Shown here one piece after another: positions 30,342-42,942 of a DNA stretch of 58,055 nucleotides (position 1 is the stretch's first letter; every line of letters starts with the position of its first letter). Position numbers and translations under genes: made by a program. The notes beneath the pieces were generated by a model that worked only from the letters and a program-made list of their open reading frames with translations, was not told the DNA's origin and searched no databases. Source of the DNA: Deltaproteobacteria bacterium. GTDB lineage: Bacteria; Desulfobacterota; Binatia; UBA1149; CAYXZP01. The DNA is taken from assembly GCA_046583395.1 (NCBI GenBank), contig JAYGCK010000090.1, positions 1 to 58,055 on the forward strand, in the 5' to 3' direction.

Positions 30342-31100
30342 ATGGTGCGGGGACGCAGGCTCGGCCTGGGCGTCAACATCGACCATGTGGCCACCATTCG
30401 CCAGGCGCGTCTGACCGACTACCCGGACCCGGTCGCGGCCGCACTGGCGGCCGAACGGGGCGGGGCAAGCGGAATAACCGTCCATCTGCGCGAGGACCGC
30501 CGGCACATACAGGACCGTGATGTCGAGGGCCTGCTTGCCGCAGTATCGACCAAGGTGAACCTCGAGATGGCCGCCACCCCCGACATCGTCGAGTTGGCCT
30601 GCCGCTTGCGGCCGGCCGACTGCTGTTTGGTCCCCGAGCAACGCCAGGAGCTGACCACCGAAGGCGGCCTTTCGGTGGCCGGCAACGAGGCCCGGCTCGA
30701 GCCCGTCATCGCCCGGCTCAACGCGGCCGGAATACGGACCAGTCTGTTCATCGACCCCGACCAGGCCGAAGTGGAGGCCGCTGCCAGCGTCGGTGCCCCA
30801 GTGGTCGAGCTGCACACGGGAAGCTACGCCGAGGCCGGCACCGAACGCAGCCAAGCCGAACTGGAACGGGTAGCCAACGCAGCCACCCTGGCCGCCACCC
30901 GTGGTCTGGCCGTCAACGGCGGCCACGGGCTCACACTCGACAACGTTGGCCGGGTCGCGGCCATCGCCGAGATGGAAGAACTCAACATCGGCCACAGCAT
31001 CGTCGCACGCGCTCTCATGGTCGGGATAGAGGAGGCGACCAGAGAGATGCTCGCGGCCTGTCTGTCGGCGCGCGGGTTTGCCGCTGCCGGGGCCCTTTAG
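30342..31100 (+). CDS. pdxJ: Pyridoxine 5'-phosphate synthase
   Basis: [51 protein letters not shown]. Confidence 0.97.
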   Translation: MVRGRRLGLGVNIDHVATIRQARLTDYPDPVAAALAAERGGASGITVHLREDRRHIQDRDVEGLLAAVSTKVNLEMAATPDIVELACRLRPADCCLVPEQRQELTTEGGLSVAGNEARLEPVIARLNAAGIRTSLFIDPDQAEVEAAASVGAPVVELHTGSYAEAGTERSQAELERVANAATLAATRGLAVNGGHGLTLDNVGRVAAIAEMEELNIGHSIVARALMVGIEEATREMLAACLSARGFAAAGAL

Positions 31101-31104
31101 TCCG

Positions 31105-32700
31105 ATGGACGGACGGCCGACCCCGGTACTCGACGCTCGTGCAATGCGAGCGCTCGACCGTTTCACAATCGATTCGGGCACGCCGGGTCTGGAACTGATG
31201 GAGCGAGCCGGTCGCGCGGTCACCGGGCATATCGCGACCAACATCGTCACAGCCGACGGCGGGCGCGTGCTGGTCCTTGCCGGCCACGGCAGCAACGGGG
31301 GCGACGGACTGGTAATCGCACGCCTGCTCGTCGAACGCGGCTGGCAGGTCGATGTCGCTCTCGTCGCCGGCGAACCGGCCGCAAACAGCGACGCGGCCAC
31401 CAATCTCGGCCGCTGGCGCGACTTGGAGCAGGGACCGGCCTTGGACCTGGATGCCGCCACCCGCGCCCTGGCCACAGAGGAACCGGGCTACGTTCTCGTC
31501 GTCGATACCATCTTCGGCACCGGACTCGACCGCGAGCTTAACGGTGAGATGAGCGAGCTGGTCGGCGTCCTTAACTCAGCGCGTTCACGTAGCGGGCTGG
31601 CCGTGCTTGCCGTCGACCTGCCATCGGGACTGTCGGCCGATAGCGGCCAGAGGCGGGGCGCGGCTGTGACCGCCGATAACACGGTCACCATCGGTGCGGG
31701 CAAACCCGGACTCTTTCTCGGCACGGGGATAGAAGCGGCCGGACGGGTCACTGTGGCCGACATCGGCCTGGCCGGCCCGGCCGATGCCGGGCTTGATGTG
31801 CTGGGCGAGGTTCTCGACGAGCGGGGCTGCCGGCGTTTTCTCAGTCCACGTGGCCGTGGGGCGCACAAGGGCAGTCAGGGGCATCTCCTGATTATCGGCG
31901 GGTCGTCGGGCAAAACGGGGGCAGCCAAGCTTGCCGCCCGTGCTGCGCTTCGTTCCGGGGCCGGACTAGTGAGCCTGGCGGTCCCTAGCTCAGTGGCCGC
32001 GGCCGTAGATTCGGAGTTCACAGAGGCCATGACCATTGCTGTGGCCGACCGCGAGGGTCAGCTCGACCGTGGCGCGATGGCCGGGCTCGCGGAACTCGAA
32101 CGTTTCGATGCGATTGTGGCCGGACCGGGTCTGGGCACAGGACCGGGTGCGGCCGAACTGGTCGAAGCGTTGGTAAGTACGGTAGAGGTTCCCTTGCTGC
32201 TCGATGCCGACGCGTTGAACGTCGTCGCGGCCGGTATCGGAACGGCCGCCCTGGCCCGGGCCAGGGCAGGGCGGCCGCTGACATTGACCCCGCACCCGGG
32301 CGAGATGGCCAGACTGTTGGGCACCGACAGCGCTACCGTACAGAACGACCGGCTGGCGGCCTGCCGCAAGGTGTTGGCCGACGGCTCGCCCACAGTCGTG
32401 CTCAAGGGAGCGGCCACCATCGTGGCCTCGGCCGAACAGCTGGCCTTTAACAGCTCGGGCAACCCCGGCATGGCCACGGCCGGAATGGGCGACGTACTGG
32501 CCGGGACCATCGGTGCGCTGGCCGCCGCCGGCTCGGAACCCTTCGAGGCCGCCGCCTTGGGGGTGTACCTGCACGGAACGGCCGCCGACATTCTAGCCGG
32601 GGGTCTCGGCGGACCCGGATTTCTGGCCGGCGAGGTAGCCGACACCTTGCCTCGGGCGCTGGCCGCACTGATGCGCGGTCCGTCGGCACCGGAACTATGA
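31105..32700 (+). CDS. nnr: Bifunctional NAD(P)HX epimerase/dehydratase
   Basis: LMERAG, G.NGGDG, D.IFGTG, AVDLPSG, HKG..G, GPGLG, DADALN, TPHPGE, LKG, MATAGMGDVL. Confidence 0.93.
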   Translation: MDGRPTPVLDARAMRALDRFTIDSGTPGLELMERAGRAVTGHIATNIVTADGGRVLVLAGHGSNGGDGLVIARLLVERGWQVDVALVAGEPAANSDAATNLGRWRDLEQGPALDLDAATRALATEEPGYVLVVDTIFGTGLDRELNGEMSELVGVLNSARSRSGLAVLAVDLPSGLSADSGQRRGAAVTADNTVTIGAGKPGLFLGTGIEAAGRVTVADIGLAGPADAGLDVLGEVLDERGCRRFLSPRGRGAHKGSQGHLLIIGGSSGKTGAAKLAARAALRSGAGLVSLAVPSSVAAAVDSEFTEAMTIAVADREGQLDRGAMAGLAELERFDAIVAGPGLGTGPGAAELVEALVSTVEVPLLLDADALNVVAAGIGTAALARARAGRPLTLTPHPGEMARLLGTDSATVQNDRLAACRKVLADGSPTVVLKGAATIVASAEQLAFNSSGNPGMATAGMGDVLAGTIGALAAAGSEPFEAAALGVYLHGTAADILAGGLGGPGFLAGEVADTLPRALAALMRGPSAPEL

Positions 32701-33200
32701 GCAGCGGCGGCATCGAAGTCAGGAGCCGCTCTGAAGAGGAAACCCTGGCACTGGGCCGGCGTCTGGCCGAACTGCTGGCCGAACCGGCCACGGTCGGTCT
32801 GAAGGGCCCGCTGGGGGCCGGCAAGACCGTGGTGGTCCGCGGCATGGCCGAGGCCTTGGGCGTGGACCCGCACGAAGTTTGCAGCCCCTCCTTCGTCTAT
32901 CTCGTCGAATACGAGGAGGCAGCCAAGCGGTTCTTCCACGGAGACCTGTACCGTCTGGCCGAACTACCCAAAGAGGAGGCCGAAGGCGTCTACTCGGGCA
33001 TCGGGCTCTACGACGCGGTCGGGGCCCATGCTTTGGCGGCCGTAGAGTGGTGGGAACACTACCGTGGACCGCTTCCAGAGCGGCTCGTCGTTGTTGAGTT
33101 GGAGATAGAAAACCCCGAGAATAGGGCGATTAAGCTCGAATTTTCGGGCGCGGGACTCGACCAGGTTCGAGGCGAACTGGCCCGCTGGCAAGCACGATGA
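32697..33200 (+). CDS. tsaE: t6A biosynthesis ATPase
   Basis: G.LGAGKT, SPSF..L..Y, H.DLYRL, VEW. Confidence 0.92.
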   Translation: MSSGGIEVRSRSEEETLALGRRLAELLAEPATVGLKGPLGAGKTVVVRGMAEALGVDPHEVCSPSFVYLVEYEEAAKRFFHGDLYRLAELPKEEAEGVYSGIGLYDAVGAHALAAVEWWEHYRGPLPERLVVVELEIENPENRAIKLEFSGAGLDQVRGELARWQAR

Positions 33201-34444
33201 GCAAGGCAAGAAGGGTAGTTCATAAGTACGGCGGGACCTCGGTGGGAAGTCCCGAACGCCTGCATGCGGTGGCCCAGCGGGTCAAGGCCACCTCCGAAAG
33301 CGGCGCCAAACTGGTGGTCGTGGTCTCGGCCATGTCGGGTGAGACCAACCGCCTGCTCGACCTGGCCGCCTCTGTCTCTCCCGAACCGGCCCGCCGTGAG
33401 CTCGACGTTCTCCTGGCCACCGGCGAGCAGGCCTCGACGGCGCTTCTCACAATGGCGCTGGCCGACGTCGGAGTGGACGCGGTCTCGCTCCAGGGCCACC
33501 AGGTGCGCATCGCGACCGACTCCTCGTTCGGGCGCGCACGCATCAAGTCGATAGACGTGTCGCGTGTCGAAAAGGCGCTCGCAGAAGGGTACGTGGCCGT
33601 GATTGCCGGCTTTCAGGGTGTCGACGAAGAGCACAACATCACCACGCTGGGCCGCGGCGGCTCCGATACCAGCGCGGTAGCCCTGGCCGCGGCCTTGTCG
33701 GCCGAGGCCTGCGAGATTTACACCGACGTTCCGGGAGTGTTCACCGCCGACCCCCGCATCTGCCCCGATGCCGTAAAGCTCGACCGCATCTCTTTTGACG
33801 AGATGATAGAGCTGGCCGGGCAGGGGACCAAGATCCTGCAGATCCGCAGTGTGGAATGCGCCAAGCGTTACGGCGTTAATGTATGCGTACGTTCGAGCTT
33901 TGACGACGGCGAGGGGACCTGGGTGGTCCCGGAGGAAGAGAGCATGGAAGAGGTTCTAGTATCGGGAGTGGCCTTCGACCGCGACCAGGCAAAGATAACC
34001 TTACAGGGAGTGCCCGACCGCCCGGGGCTGGCGGCTTCGGTCCTCGGCCCACTTGCCGAGTCGGGCATCGTGATTGACATGATCGTTCAGAACGTGGCCG
34101 AGGACGGCCGTACCGACCTCACTTTCACGGTCCCCGACGCCGAGAAGGCCCGTGCCGAAGAAATGGTCCGCAAGGTAGCCGGCGAGGTCGGTGCACGTGG
34201 CGTCGTAGCGGCCGGCGGGCTGGCCAAAGTGTCCGTGGTCGGGCTCGGCATGCGCAATCACGCCGGCGTGGCCGCGCGAGCGTTCGAACTGCTGGCCTCC
34301 GAAAGCGTCAACATTCAGATGATTTCCACCTCCGAGATAAAAATCTCGGTGGTCGTCGAACTCGGCGACCTCGAGCGGGCCGTAAACGTCCTTCACCGCG
34401 GCTTCATAGGCAGCGAGTCGGAGGTGGGAAGCGGAGCCGGATGA
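33197..34444 (+). CDS. lysC: Aspartate kinase
   Basis: [37 protein letters not shown], two ACT domains. Confidence 0.96.
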   Translation: MSKARRVVHKYGGTSVGSPERLHAVAQRVKATSESGAKLVVVVSAMSGETNRLLDLAASVSPEPARRELDVLLATGEQASTALLTMALADVGVDAVSLQGHQVRIATDSSFGRARIKSIDVSRVEKALAEGYVAVIAGFQGVDEEHNITTLGRGGSDTSAVALAAALSAEACEIYTDVPGVFTADPRICPDAVKLDRISFDEMIELAGQGTKILQIRSVECAKRYGVNVCVRSSFDDGEGTWVVPEEESMEEVLVSGVAFDRDQAKITLQGVPDRPGLAASVLGPLAESGIVIDMIVQNVAEDGRTDLTFTVPDAEKARAEEMVRKVAGEVGARGVVAAGGLAKVSVVGLGMRNHAGVAARAFELLASESVNIQMISTSEIKISVVVELGDLERAVNVLHRGFIGSESEVGSGAG

Positions 34445-36030
34445 AGCGCATCCAGATATACGACACCACGCTCCGTGACGGCACCCAGGGCGAAGGCGTG
34501 AGCTTTAGCCTGCACGACAAGCTGGCCATCACCGAGCGCCTCGACGCCCTCGGAATCGGTTACGTTGAAGGCGGCTACCCGGTATCCAACCCAAAGGACG
34601 CCGCGTTCTTTAAAGAGGCCGCCAAGCTCGAGCTTTCGACCGTAAGGCTGGCGGCCTTCGGCTCGACGGCCAGACCGGGAACACCGCCGTCGCGCGACGC
34701 CGGACTGCGCGCGCTGCTCAAGGCCGGGACCCCGGTAGTGACAATCGTGGCCAAGTCCTGGGACCTCCACGTAAAGGAGGTCCTGCGGGTTTCTCTTTCG
34801 GCCAACCTAGAGCTTATCGAGAAGACTACCGCCTATCTCAAGAAGCACGTCGACGAGGTCATCGTCGATGCCGAGCACTTCTTTGACGGACACGCGGCTA
34901 ACCCGACCTACGCATTGAAAGCCCTCGAGGCCGCCGCTGCCGGCGGCGCCGACCTGGTCTGCCTGTGCGACACCAACGGCGGGACGCTTCCCAACACTAT
35001 CGCAGAAGCGATGGAGGCCGCCGGTTCGGTAGCGGTGCCGCTGGGCATCCATTGCCATAACGACTCCGGACTTGCGGTTGCCAACACGCTTCGCGCGGTC
35101 GAGTGCGGGGCGGTGCAGGTGCAGGGGACCATGAACGGCTTCGGCGAACGTTGCGGCAACGCCAACCTTTGCACGGTCATCCCCAACCTGCAGTTGAAGC
35201 TCGGTTACCGCTGCACCACCCACCGCAAGCTCAAGGCGCTGTCGGCCACCTCGCGATATATTTACGAACTGGCCAACGTAGAGCCCGACCGCCATCGTCC
35301 CTATGTCGGACGTTCGGCCTTCGCCCACAAGGGCGGGCTCCATGTCGCGGCGGTGCGCAAGAACCCGGTCACCTACGAGCACATCGACCCGGACGTGGTC
35401 GGCAACGAGCGCCGCGTGCTCGTCTCCGACCTGTCCGGCCGCAGCAACGTTGCCCACAAGGCCGAACAGTTCGGCATAGACATGACCGACCGTGCCGATG
35501 AACTGGCCACCGTGCTAAGCGAAATCAAGCAACTGGAAAGCTCGGGTTTTCAGTTCGAGGGGGCCGAAGCCTCGCTCGAACTGCTAATGCGCAAGGACCT
35601 CAAGAAGAAGACGAGATTTTTCCGTCTGGTCGAGTTCCGCGTCATCGACGAAAAGCCCAATGAGGACGAACACAGCCGCTCGGAGGCCAGCGTGATGATC
35701 GAGGGGCCCGACGGGAACCCCGAACACACGGTGGCCTCCGGCAACGGACCGGTCAACGCGCTGGACTCGGCGCTGCGCAAGGCGCTGAGCAAGTTCTATC
35801 CCGAGCTCGAGCAGGTGCAGCTACACGACTACAAGGTCCGCGTGCTCGCCGGCCTGGAGGGAACGGGAAGTCTGGTCCGGGTCCTTATCGAGTCCGGTGA
35901 CGGCCAGAGCCGTTGGGGGACCGTCGGCGTGTCCCACAACATAGTCGAGGCCAGCTGGCAGGCCTTGGTCGACAGCATCACCTACAAGCTTCACAAGGAC
36001 CGGGGCGCAGTGGGCAAGCGCGCCTCCTAA
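34441..36030 (+). CDS. cimA: Citramalate synthase
   Basis: DTTLRDG.QGEG, EGG.P.SNPKD, KSWDLHV, DAEHFFDG, HCHND, GERCGN, HKGGLH. Confidence 0.92.
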   Translation: MKRIQIYDTTLRDGTQGEGVSFSLHDKLAITERLDALGIGYVEGGYPVSNPKDAAFFKEAAKLELSTVRLAAFGSTARPGTPPSRDAGLRALLKAGTPVVTIVAKSWDLHVKEVLRVSLSANLELIEKTTAYLKKHVDEVIVDAEHFFDGHAANPTYALKALEAAAAGGADLVCLCDTNGGTLPNTIAEAMEAAGSVAVPLGIHCHNDSGLAVANTLRAVECGAVQVQGTMNGFGERCGNANLCTVIPNLQLKLGYRCTTHRKLKALSATSRYIYELANVEPDRHRPYVGRSAFAHKGGLHVAAVRKNPVTYEHIDPDVVGNERRVLVSDLSGRSNVAHKAEQFGIDMTDRADELATVLSEIKQLESSGFQFEGAEASLELLMRKDLKKKTRFFRLVEFRVIDEKPNEDEHSRSEASVMIEGPDGNPEHTVASGNGPVNALDSALRKALSKFYPELEQVQLHDYKVRVLAGLEGTGSLVRVLIESGDGQSRWGTVGVSHNIVEASWQALVDSITYKLHKDRGAVGKRAS

Positions 36031-36036
36031 GCGCCT

Positions 36037-37164
36037 ATGCGCGGTTACTTCGACCACAACGCCACTTCACCGATAAGACCGGAGATTGTCGCCGTCATGG
36101 CCGAGGTCATGGCAGGAGAGGCCGGCAACCCTTCGAGCATGCATGCCGAAGGCCGCTTGGCACGCGAGCTTCTCGACCAGGCCCGCTCACGGCTGGCCGG
36201 CCTGCTCGACTGCGAGCCCGGCCAGGTCCTGTTCACCTCGGGCGCGACCGAATCCAACAACCTGGCCATACGCGGCATGTTCGCCGCCGACCCCGGTCTT
36301 AGGGTAATCACCTGTGCGGCCGAACACGTATCGGTATTGGGCACCGTCGAGGCCCTCGGTAGCGAGGGTGCCGACACGGTCATACTCGCGGTGGACGGCT
36401 CGGCCAGACCAAACCTTGAGGAACTGACCCGACTCGGCGCCAAGGGGCCGGCGCTGATGGCCTTGGGTTGGGCCAACTCGGAGTCGGGCCATCTGGCCGA
36501 CATCGATGGACTACTAGCGGCCAAGGGCCCCGGCTGCCGGCTTCATCTCGATGCCGCCCAGGCTGTCGGGCGGGTCCCGGTGGCAATGCGGGAGGGAATG
36601 GACAGCTTGGCACTGTCGGCCCACAAGTTTGGGGGACCGCGCGGTATCGGTGCTTTGGTCCTCGCCGACCACTCGGCAGTTGAGGGTCTCATGTCGGGCG
36701 GACCGCAAGAGGCCGGGCTAAGGCCCGGCACCGAGAACCTTGCGGGCATAGTCGGTATGGGCCTGGCCGCCAAGCTGGCCGGCAAGCAACTCGGCGACGA
36801 ACAGGAACGCCTTGGCCGGCTCAGAGAGACGTTATGGAACAGGCTAACTGACGCCTTGGACGGCCTCATCAGAGTGTCAGCCAAGGACGGACTGCCCGGC
36901 ACGCTGACCGTGGCTCTGCCCGGCGTTCGGGCCGAGGTCCTGGTCGCGGCACTCGATATGGAAGGTTTTGCAGTATCGACCGGTTCGGCTTGTGCGGCTG
37001 CCTCACCCGAACCCTCCCACGTCATGGAGGCCCTTGGCCTGCCCCTTTCGCATCGCAACGGGGTAGTCCGAATCAGCATGGGGTGGAACACCAGCGCCGA
37101 ACAGACCGAGGGTCTGGCCGAGGCTTTCGTGCACATCAGCCAGCGGGCCAGGAGAGCTGCATGA
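36037..37164 (+). CDS. Cysteine desulfurase (IscS/NifS type)
   Basis: [44 protein letters not shown]. Confidence 0.92.
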   Translation: MRGYFDHNATSPIRPEIVAVMAEVMAGEAGNPSSMHAEGRLARELLDQARSRLAGLLDCEPGQVLFTSGATESNNLAIRGMFAADPGLRVITCAAEHVSVLGTVEALGSEGADTVILAVDGSARPNLEELTRLGAKGPALMALGWANSESGHLADIDGLLAAKGPGCRLHLDAAQAVGRVPVAMREGMDSLALSAHKFGGPRGIGALVLADHSAVEGLMSGGPQEAGLRPGTENLAGIVGMGLAAKLAGKQLGDEQERLGRLRETLWNRLTDALDGLIRVSAKDGLPGTLTVALPGVRAEVLVAALDMEGFAVSTGSACAAASPEPSHVMEALGLPLSHRNGVVRISMGWNTSAEQTEGLAEAFVHISQRARRAA

Positions 37165-38264
37165 CAAAGTCCGGCCGCCGCGTTGTCGTTGCCATGAGCG
37201 GCGGGGTCGATAGCTCGGTGGCCGCGGCCCTGCTGGTCGAGCAGGGGTACGATGTTGTCGGCATCTCGATGCGGCTTGCACCCGAGGGCGCGGTCGAGGG
37301 TTCGAGCGGTTGCTGCAGCCTGGCCGACTTCGAGGATGCGCGCCGCGTGGCCGCCCAGCTCGGAATACCCCATTATGTCTTTGACCTGCGCGAACCCTTC
37401 AAAGAGCGCGTAATCGACAGCTTCGTCGGCGAGTATCTGGCCGGACGCACGCCCAGCCCCTGCATACTGTGTAATCGCGAGATCAAGTTCGATGTCCTTC
37501 ACAAGCGGGCACGGCAGCTGGGCGCCGGCCATGTCGCCACCGGACACTACGCACGCATCACCCGCGACGGACCACGCTTCCGGCTCGAGCGAGGCCGCGA
37601 CGAGGCCAAGGACCAAAGCTACTTCCTCTTCGAGATGGACCAGCAGGCACTTGCCTCAACGCTCTTCCCGGTCGGCGACCTCGGCAAGCAGGAGGTCCGG
37701 CGGCTGGCCACCGAACTAAAGCTCGGGGTAAGCGACAAGCCCGAAAGCCAGGAGATATGTTTTGTGGCCGACGGAGATTATGCCGCCTTCGTCGAGTCAC
37801 GGGCAGCCGGGCGTCTGCGCCAGGGTGCGATAGTGGACGGGACCGGACGCGAACTGGGCCGGCATGCCGGAGTCCATCGTTTCACCGTCGGCCAGCGAAA
37901 GGGCCTGGGCATCTCCTCGTCCGAACCGATGTACGTGCAGTCCATCGATGCCGAAACTGCACGCGTGGCGGTGGCACCCCGGCAAGAGCTTACCAGCCGG
38001 GGCCTGGAGGCCGACGCGGCCAGTTGGGTGGCAGGAATGGCCCCGCCCGAGAGCAGCCGGATGCAGGCCAGAATCCGTTACCGCCACCAGCCCGTGGCAG
38101 CCACCCTGGTCGAGGTCGCCGACGACCGTATCCGGCTGGCCTTCGACCAGCCAGAGGAGGCCGTGGCGCCGGGGCAAGCGGTGGTGCTGTACCGCGAGCG
38201 CGAGGTGCTCGGCGGCGCGTGGATTCGCCGGCCACTGGCAGAGGAACTGAGCGCGTGCGCGTAG
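37161..38264 (+). CDS. mnmA: tRNA 2-thiouridylase
   Basis: [49 protein letters not shown]. Confidence 0.96.
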   Translation: MTKSGRRVVVAMSGGVDSSVAAALLVEQGYDVVGISMRLAPEGAVEGSSGCCSLADFEDARRVAAQLGIPHYVFDLREPFKERVIDSFVGEYLAGRTPSPCILCNREIKFDVLHKRARQLGAGHVATGHYARITRDGPRFRLERGRDEAKDQSYFLFEMDQQALASTLFPVGDLGKQEVRRLATELKLGVSDKPESQEICFVADGDYAAFVESRAAGRLRQGAIVDGTGRELGRHAGVHRFTVGQRKGLGISSSEPMYVQSIDAETARVAVAPRQELTSRGLEADAASWVAGMAPPESSRMQARIRYRHQPVAATLVEVADDRIRLAFDQPEEAVAPGQAVVLYREREVLGGAWIRRPLAEELSACA

Positions 38265-39550
38265 CGCTGGCCACACTGGGCTGCAAGGTCAATCAGTACG
38301 ACAGCGCGGTCATCGACCGGCTGGTCAGGGAAAAGCAGTGGCAGCGGGTAGACTTCGACGAAGCGGCCGAGGCCTACATAATAAACACCTGCACGGTCAC
38401 CGACCGTGCCGACGCCGACGGCAGGCGGCTGGCGCGCCGGGCCAGGCGCCGCAACCCCGAAGCACGCGTGATACTGACCGGCTGTTACGCCCAGACCAAT
38501 CCGGCCGGGATAGCCGCGCTCGGCTACGTCGACCACGTGGTCGGCCTCGGGCGTCTCCCGGAACTATTGTCAGCCGTGGAGGGCAAATTGGCCGACCGCA
38601 TTGCGGTGTCCGACCTCAGGCGCGCCGACAAGGTCGAGACCCTCGGCATCGAGAGCTTCAACGGACGCAGCCGTGCCTTCGTTAAAATTCAGGAAGGCTG
38701 CGACTTGTTCTGTACCTTCTGCATCGTGCCGGTAGCACGCGGAAAGAGCCGGAGCGTGGAGCCGCGAAAGGTCATCGACGAGATAGAACTGTTGGCCGCC
38801 GGTGGCTTTGGCGAGGTGGTACTGACCGGGGTTCATCTTGGTGGCTACGGGAACGACCTGGCGCCGGCCTGCGACCTGGCCTTCTTGCTCAAGGCCATCG
38901 CCGAACGCGCGCCCAAACTTCGCGTACGAATAAGCTCGGTCGACCCGCCCGAACTGACCGAACGTTTTCTCGGCACCATCGCCGACAACGACATCTTCTG
39001 CCGGCACCTGCATGTCCCGGTGCAATCCGGTTGTGACCCGGTACTGGGGCGGATGAAGCGAAAGTACACGGCGGGGGAGGCGGCCGAACGTCTGTCGGCG
39101 GCCCGCCGGCAAATGCCGGACCTATGTATCGGCACCGACCTCATTACCGGATTTCCGGGCGAGACCGAAGATGAGTTCGCCCAAACGGTGCGTTTTCTCG
39201 AACAGGCCGAACTCGACTACCTGCACGTCTTTCCCTACTCGCGGCGTTCGGCCACCTCGGCTGCCAAACGCTGGAGCGAACTTCCCGACCATGTCGTTCA
39301 TGAGCGGGCCAGACTGGTAAGGGCACTTGACCGTAGCATGCGGCGCCGCTTTGAGGACCGTTTCATCGGCACCCGCGCCAGGGTCCTGTTCGAGAATGCG
39401 CGTGACAAGGAAACCGGAATGTTAAAGGGCTACTCGAACAACTACCTGCCGCTCATCGCCGATGGCCCCGACTCCCTGATGAACCGTGAGGTCACCGTCA
39501 CCGTCACCGGCCGCAACGCTGGCGGACGCCTCGAAGCCCTGGTCGCATGA
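38255..39550 (+). CDS. mtaB: tRNA t6A37 methylthiotransferase
   Basis: [55 protein letters not shown]; TRAM-like C-terminus. Confidence 0.92.
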   Translation: MRVALATLGCKVNQYDSAVIDRLVREKQWQRVDFDEAAEAYIINTCTVTDRADADGRRLARRARRRNPEARVILTGCYAQTNPAGIAALGYVDHVVGLGRLPELLSAVEGKLADRIAVSDLRRADKVETLGIESFNGRSRAFVKIQEGCDLFCTFCIVPVARGKSRSVEPRKVIDEIELLAAGGFGEVVLTGVHLGGYGNDLAPACDLAFLLKAIAERAPKLRVRISSVDPPELTERFLGTIADNDIFCRHLHVPVQSGCDPVLGRMKRKYTAGEAAERLSAARRQMPDLCIGTDLITGFPGETEDEFAQTVRFLEQAELDYLHVFPYSRRSATSAAKRWSELPDHVVHERARLVRALDRSMRRRFEDRFIGTRARVLFENARDKETGMLKGYSNNYLPLIADGPDSLMNREVTVTVTGRNAGGRLEALVA

Positions 39551-40232
39551 GCGATTCGCTGGCCGGCCTCGAAGATAGCCTCGGGTATCGGTTCAAGGAC
39601 CGCGCCCTTCTCGAACAAGCGCTGGCGCATGGCTCTTGGGCGCGCGAGAAGGGCAAGAAGGACAACGAGAGGCTGGAGTTCCTCGGCGACGCAGTTCTCG
39701 GGCTGGCCGCAAGCGACATGCTCATGTCGCGCTTTGCCGGTGACGACAAGAACGAGGGTGAACTCTCCCGTATGCGCGCGGCCTTGGTCAGCCGGCCGAC
39801 ACTTGCCCGGGCCGCGACCGCCATTGACCTTGGCCCGCATATCCTGCTCGGCCGCGGCGAGCTTGGTAGCGGCGGGGCCGGCAAACCGAGCATCCTCGAG
39901 GGAACCTTCGAGGCCATCATAGGCGCGGTGTTCCTAGACGGCGGCTACATGCCCGCGCGAGAGCTGGTCGAGCGTCTTCTCGGCCCATGGGTAGCGGAAG
40001 GGCCGTTGGAAACCCTCGACCCCAAGAGCGCCCTGCAAGAACAACTGGCCCGCCTCGGCCGTGGTGTGCCGAGCTATGTTGTGGCCTCCAAGAGCGGTCC
40101 CGACCACATGCCGGTCTACGAGGTAGAGGTACAGGAGGGCTCGGCCGTGCTTGCCAGCGGACGGGGTGGCGGCCGTAAGGCCGCCGAACGCGAGGCGGCC
40201 AGCGAAGCGCTAAAGAAGCTGGGGGCCGGCGG

Positions 40233-40236
<4 letters not shown>
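39547..40236 (+). CDS. rnc: Ribonuclease III
   Basis: NERLEFLGDAVL, EG.LS..RA, FEA.IGA..LD, dsRBD (DPKS.LQE, GPDH). Confidence 0.96.
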
Positions 40237-41116
<880 letters not shown>

Positions 41117-41120
<4 letters not shown>

Positions 41121-42211
41121 ACCGCCCCACCGCCGGCGACCTCGACGCTGCGCTGGCCAAAAAGGTTCAGCTTGTAGCGCCGTATCGTGGCCGGCTCTAT
41201 GCGCCGGCCGCTATCGTCCTGGTAGTACAGGGCATCGACCGGACACTGAACGACGCAGGCCCCGCATTTAACGCAACGATCCTCGTGGGCCAGCTCAATC
41301 GTGCGGCTCCCGGGCACCTGCTCGAAACAAGTTTCAGGACAGACCGCCTCGCAGTTGTAGACGCCGACACAAGCGGCGCTATCTAGCGTAATGGCCCAAC
41401 GGCGGCTGTCGAAGTGGCTGCCGCCCACGGTCGGGGTCGAACCAGCATGGTCGAAGGTCAGGACGGCCAGGATGAGCGTAGTCGAAACCAGCGCTTGGCC
41501 GCAGTTGACCAGCGTGGCTCCGACCGACAGCGGCCAAGCCAGCGCCGCTGTGGCCGAAACCAGCCACAGTACCGGCCAGCGCAGGCGTCCCATACGGTCG
41601 TAGACGAAGAAGACCAGGAAGGACATCAGCCAGGCCTGGGTAACGGCCACCAGTCCCCAGGAAACACTCACGAGCGCCAGCAACGCGCCTAGCAGCAAAG
41701 AGGTGGGGAAGGCCCAGGCTATGGCCATCTCCGAACGCTCGCGGGCACCGAAGCGTACCCGCCGCATTGAACCGTCCTTCTTCATGCCGGCCTCGAGATA
41801 ACGGGGCAGGTCACGGGCGTGGACCGGTCCGAACACGACCTTCCAACCCGACCGTTTGGCGACCTCGCGGCCGAGCACACCGGTAGCGGCAAGTTGCGGA
41901 AGTACGGCACGCTTGTTGGTGACCTCTTTTTCGACCCCTGAGGTCTTTAGCGCGGTTATGACCTGGCTGGTCGTGAGCAGGCCGCCGGCCGCCGCGCACC
42001 ACACGTTGACGCCGCGCGAGGGGGCCACCACCACCCAGGCGTCGATACCGCCCAACTCGGCCATAAGACGTCTTACGGTAAGGTCGTAGTTACAGGTGAC
42101 CAGTACCGGACTGGACGACCCCGGGCTCCCCGACCGGCGAAGTCCGGTCTCGGTCGGCCAGGGGAACAGGCGCAGGCCGGTCTGAAGTGCGTCGAGCAGC
42201 AGTGCCTTCAC
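41117..42211 (-). CDS. HgcAB-like fusion protein (corrinoid-binding domain + about 4 TM helices + ferredoxin)
   Basis: SPVLVTCNY.LT, cap-helix-like GVNVWCAAAGG, LPQLAATGV, GW.V.FGPV.A.DLP.YL, MRRVRF...ER; hydrophobic block; CVGVYNCEAVCP and CVKCGACVVQCP. Confidence 0.88.
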
Positions 42212-42876
42212 GCACCGGCCCCCTTGCGCGCTTCGAACAGGCCTATGGTCCCGAACAGGTAGCTGCGCTCATGGACCGCGCTCAATCCGGCGGCGGCAAG
42301 TTCGGCCTCGGGCCGGGGCAGGGGTGAACTCGTGCGTCCGGCCAACACCCAGGCCAGCACCGACAGTGGCAGTCTCAGCAGCCCGAACAGGAACCTTGCC
42401 AGACCTGTGCGGGGAAGCGTCTCGTCGACAAGGACCAGCCGGCCGCCGTCGACCAGCAGCCGGGCGGCCTGGCCCAGAACATAGGCCCGTTCGCTGGCCG
42501 ACATCTCCGACAGGGCAAAGGCCGCGGTCACCACATCGAAGGATGCCGGCTCGAGACCGTCAATCTCGGCGGCGGCCTTTTCCTGAAGCACTAGCCGGGA
42601 CTGGTCCTTGGTGGCGCCGAGCCGCTGGGCGGCGATGTCGAGCATCTCGGGAGCTTCGTCTATGGCCAGCACGCTGGCGCCGTCGCGCAAGAGCAAAGAG
42701 GTCAGAGCGCCGGTCCCGCAGCCGATCTCCAGGATACGGGCACCCGGGACCAGCGCAGCCCTGCCTGCCGCGTCCCTGCGGCTGCGGGCGGCCACGCCGA
42801 AGGTCAGCAGCTCCATCCCGGCGTCATAACGCCTGGGGGCCGACTCCAGGATTCGCATGAGGACAAGCGAGCTCAC
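42208..42876 (-). CDS. Class I SAM-dependent methyltransferase resembling corrinoid-protein-associated methyltransferases
   Basis: MRILESAP.RYD N-terminus, motif I LEIGCGTG, ID....ML, FD......LSE, GG.L...DE. Its TGA overlaps the GTG of the HgcAB-like gene. Start GTG 42876 is favoured because ATG 42891 overlaps a putative -10 (TTGCCA-17-GACAAT). Confidence 0.88.
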   Translation of the reverse strand: MSSLVLMRILESAPRRYDAGMELLTFGVAARSRRDAAGRAALVPGARILEIGCGTGALTSLLLRDGASVLAIDEAPEMLDIAAQRLGATKDQSRLVLQEKAAAEIDGLEPASFDVVTAAFALSEMSASERAYVLGQAARLLVDGGRLVLVDETLPRTGLARFLFGLLRLPLSVLAWVLAGRTSSPLPRPEAELAAAGLSAVHERSYLFGTIGLFEARKGAGA

Positions 42877-42942
42877 CGGTGTGACTGCCATTGTCAGCCC
42901 ATGCCTCTTTGATGGCAAGGCCGCCCGCGCTACGGTCGGGTC

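Noticed and set aside
31095-31110. Missing acpS between pdxJ and nnr
   Set aside because: The genes abut cleanly with no remnant; this is ordinary gene-order variation.
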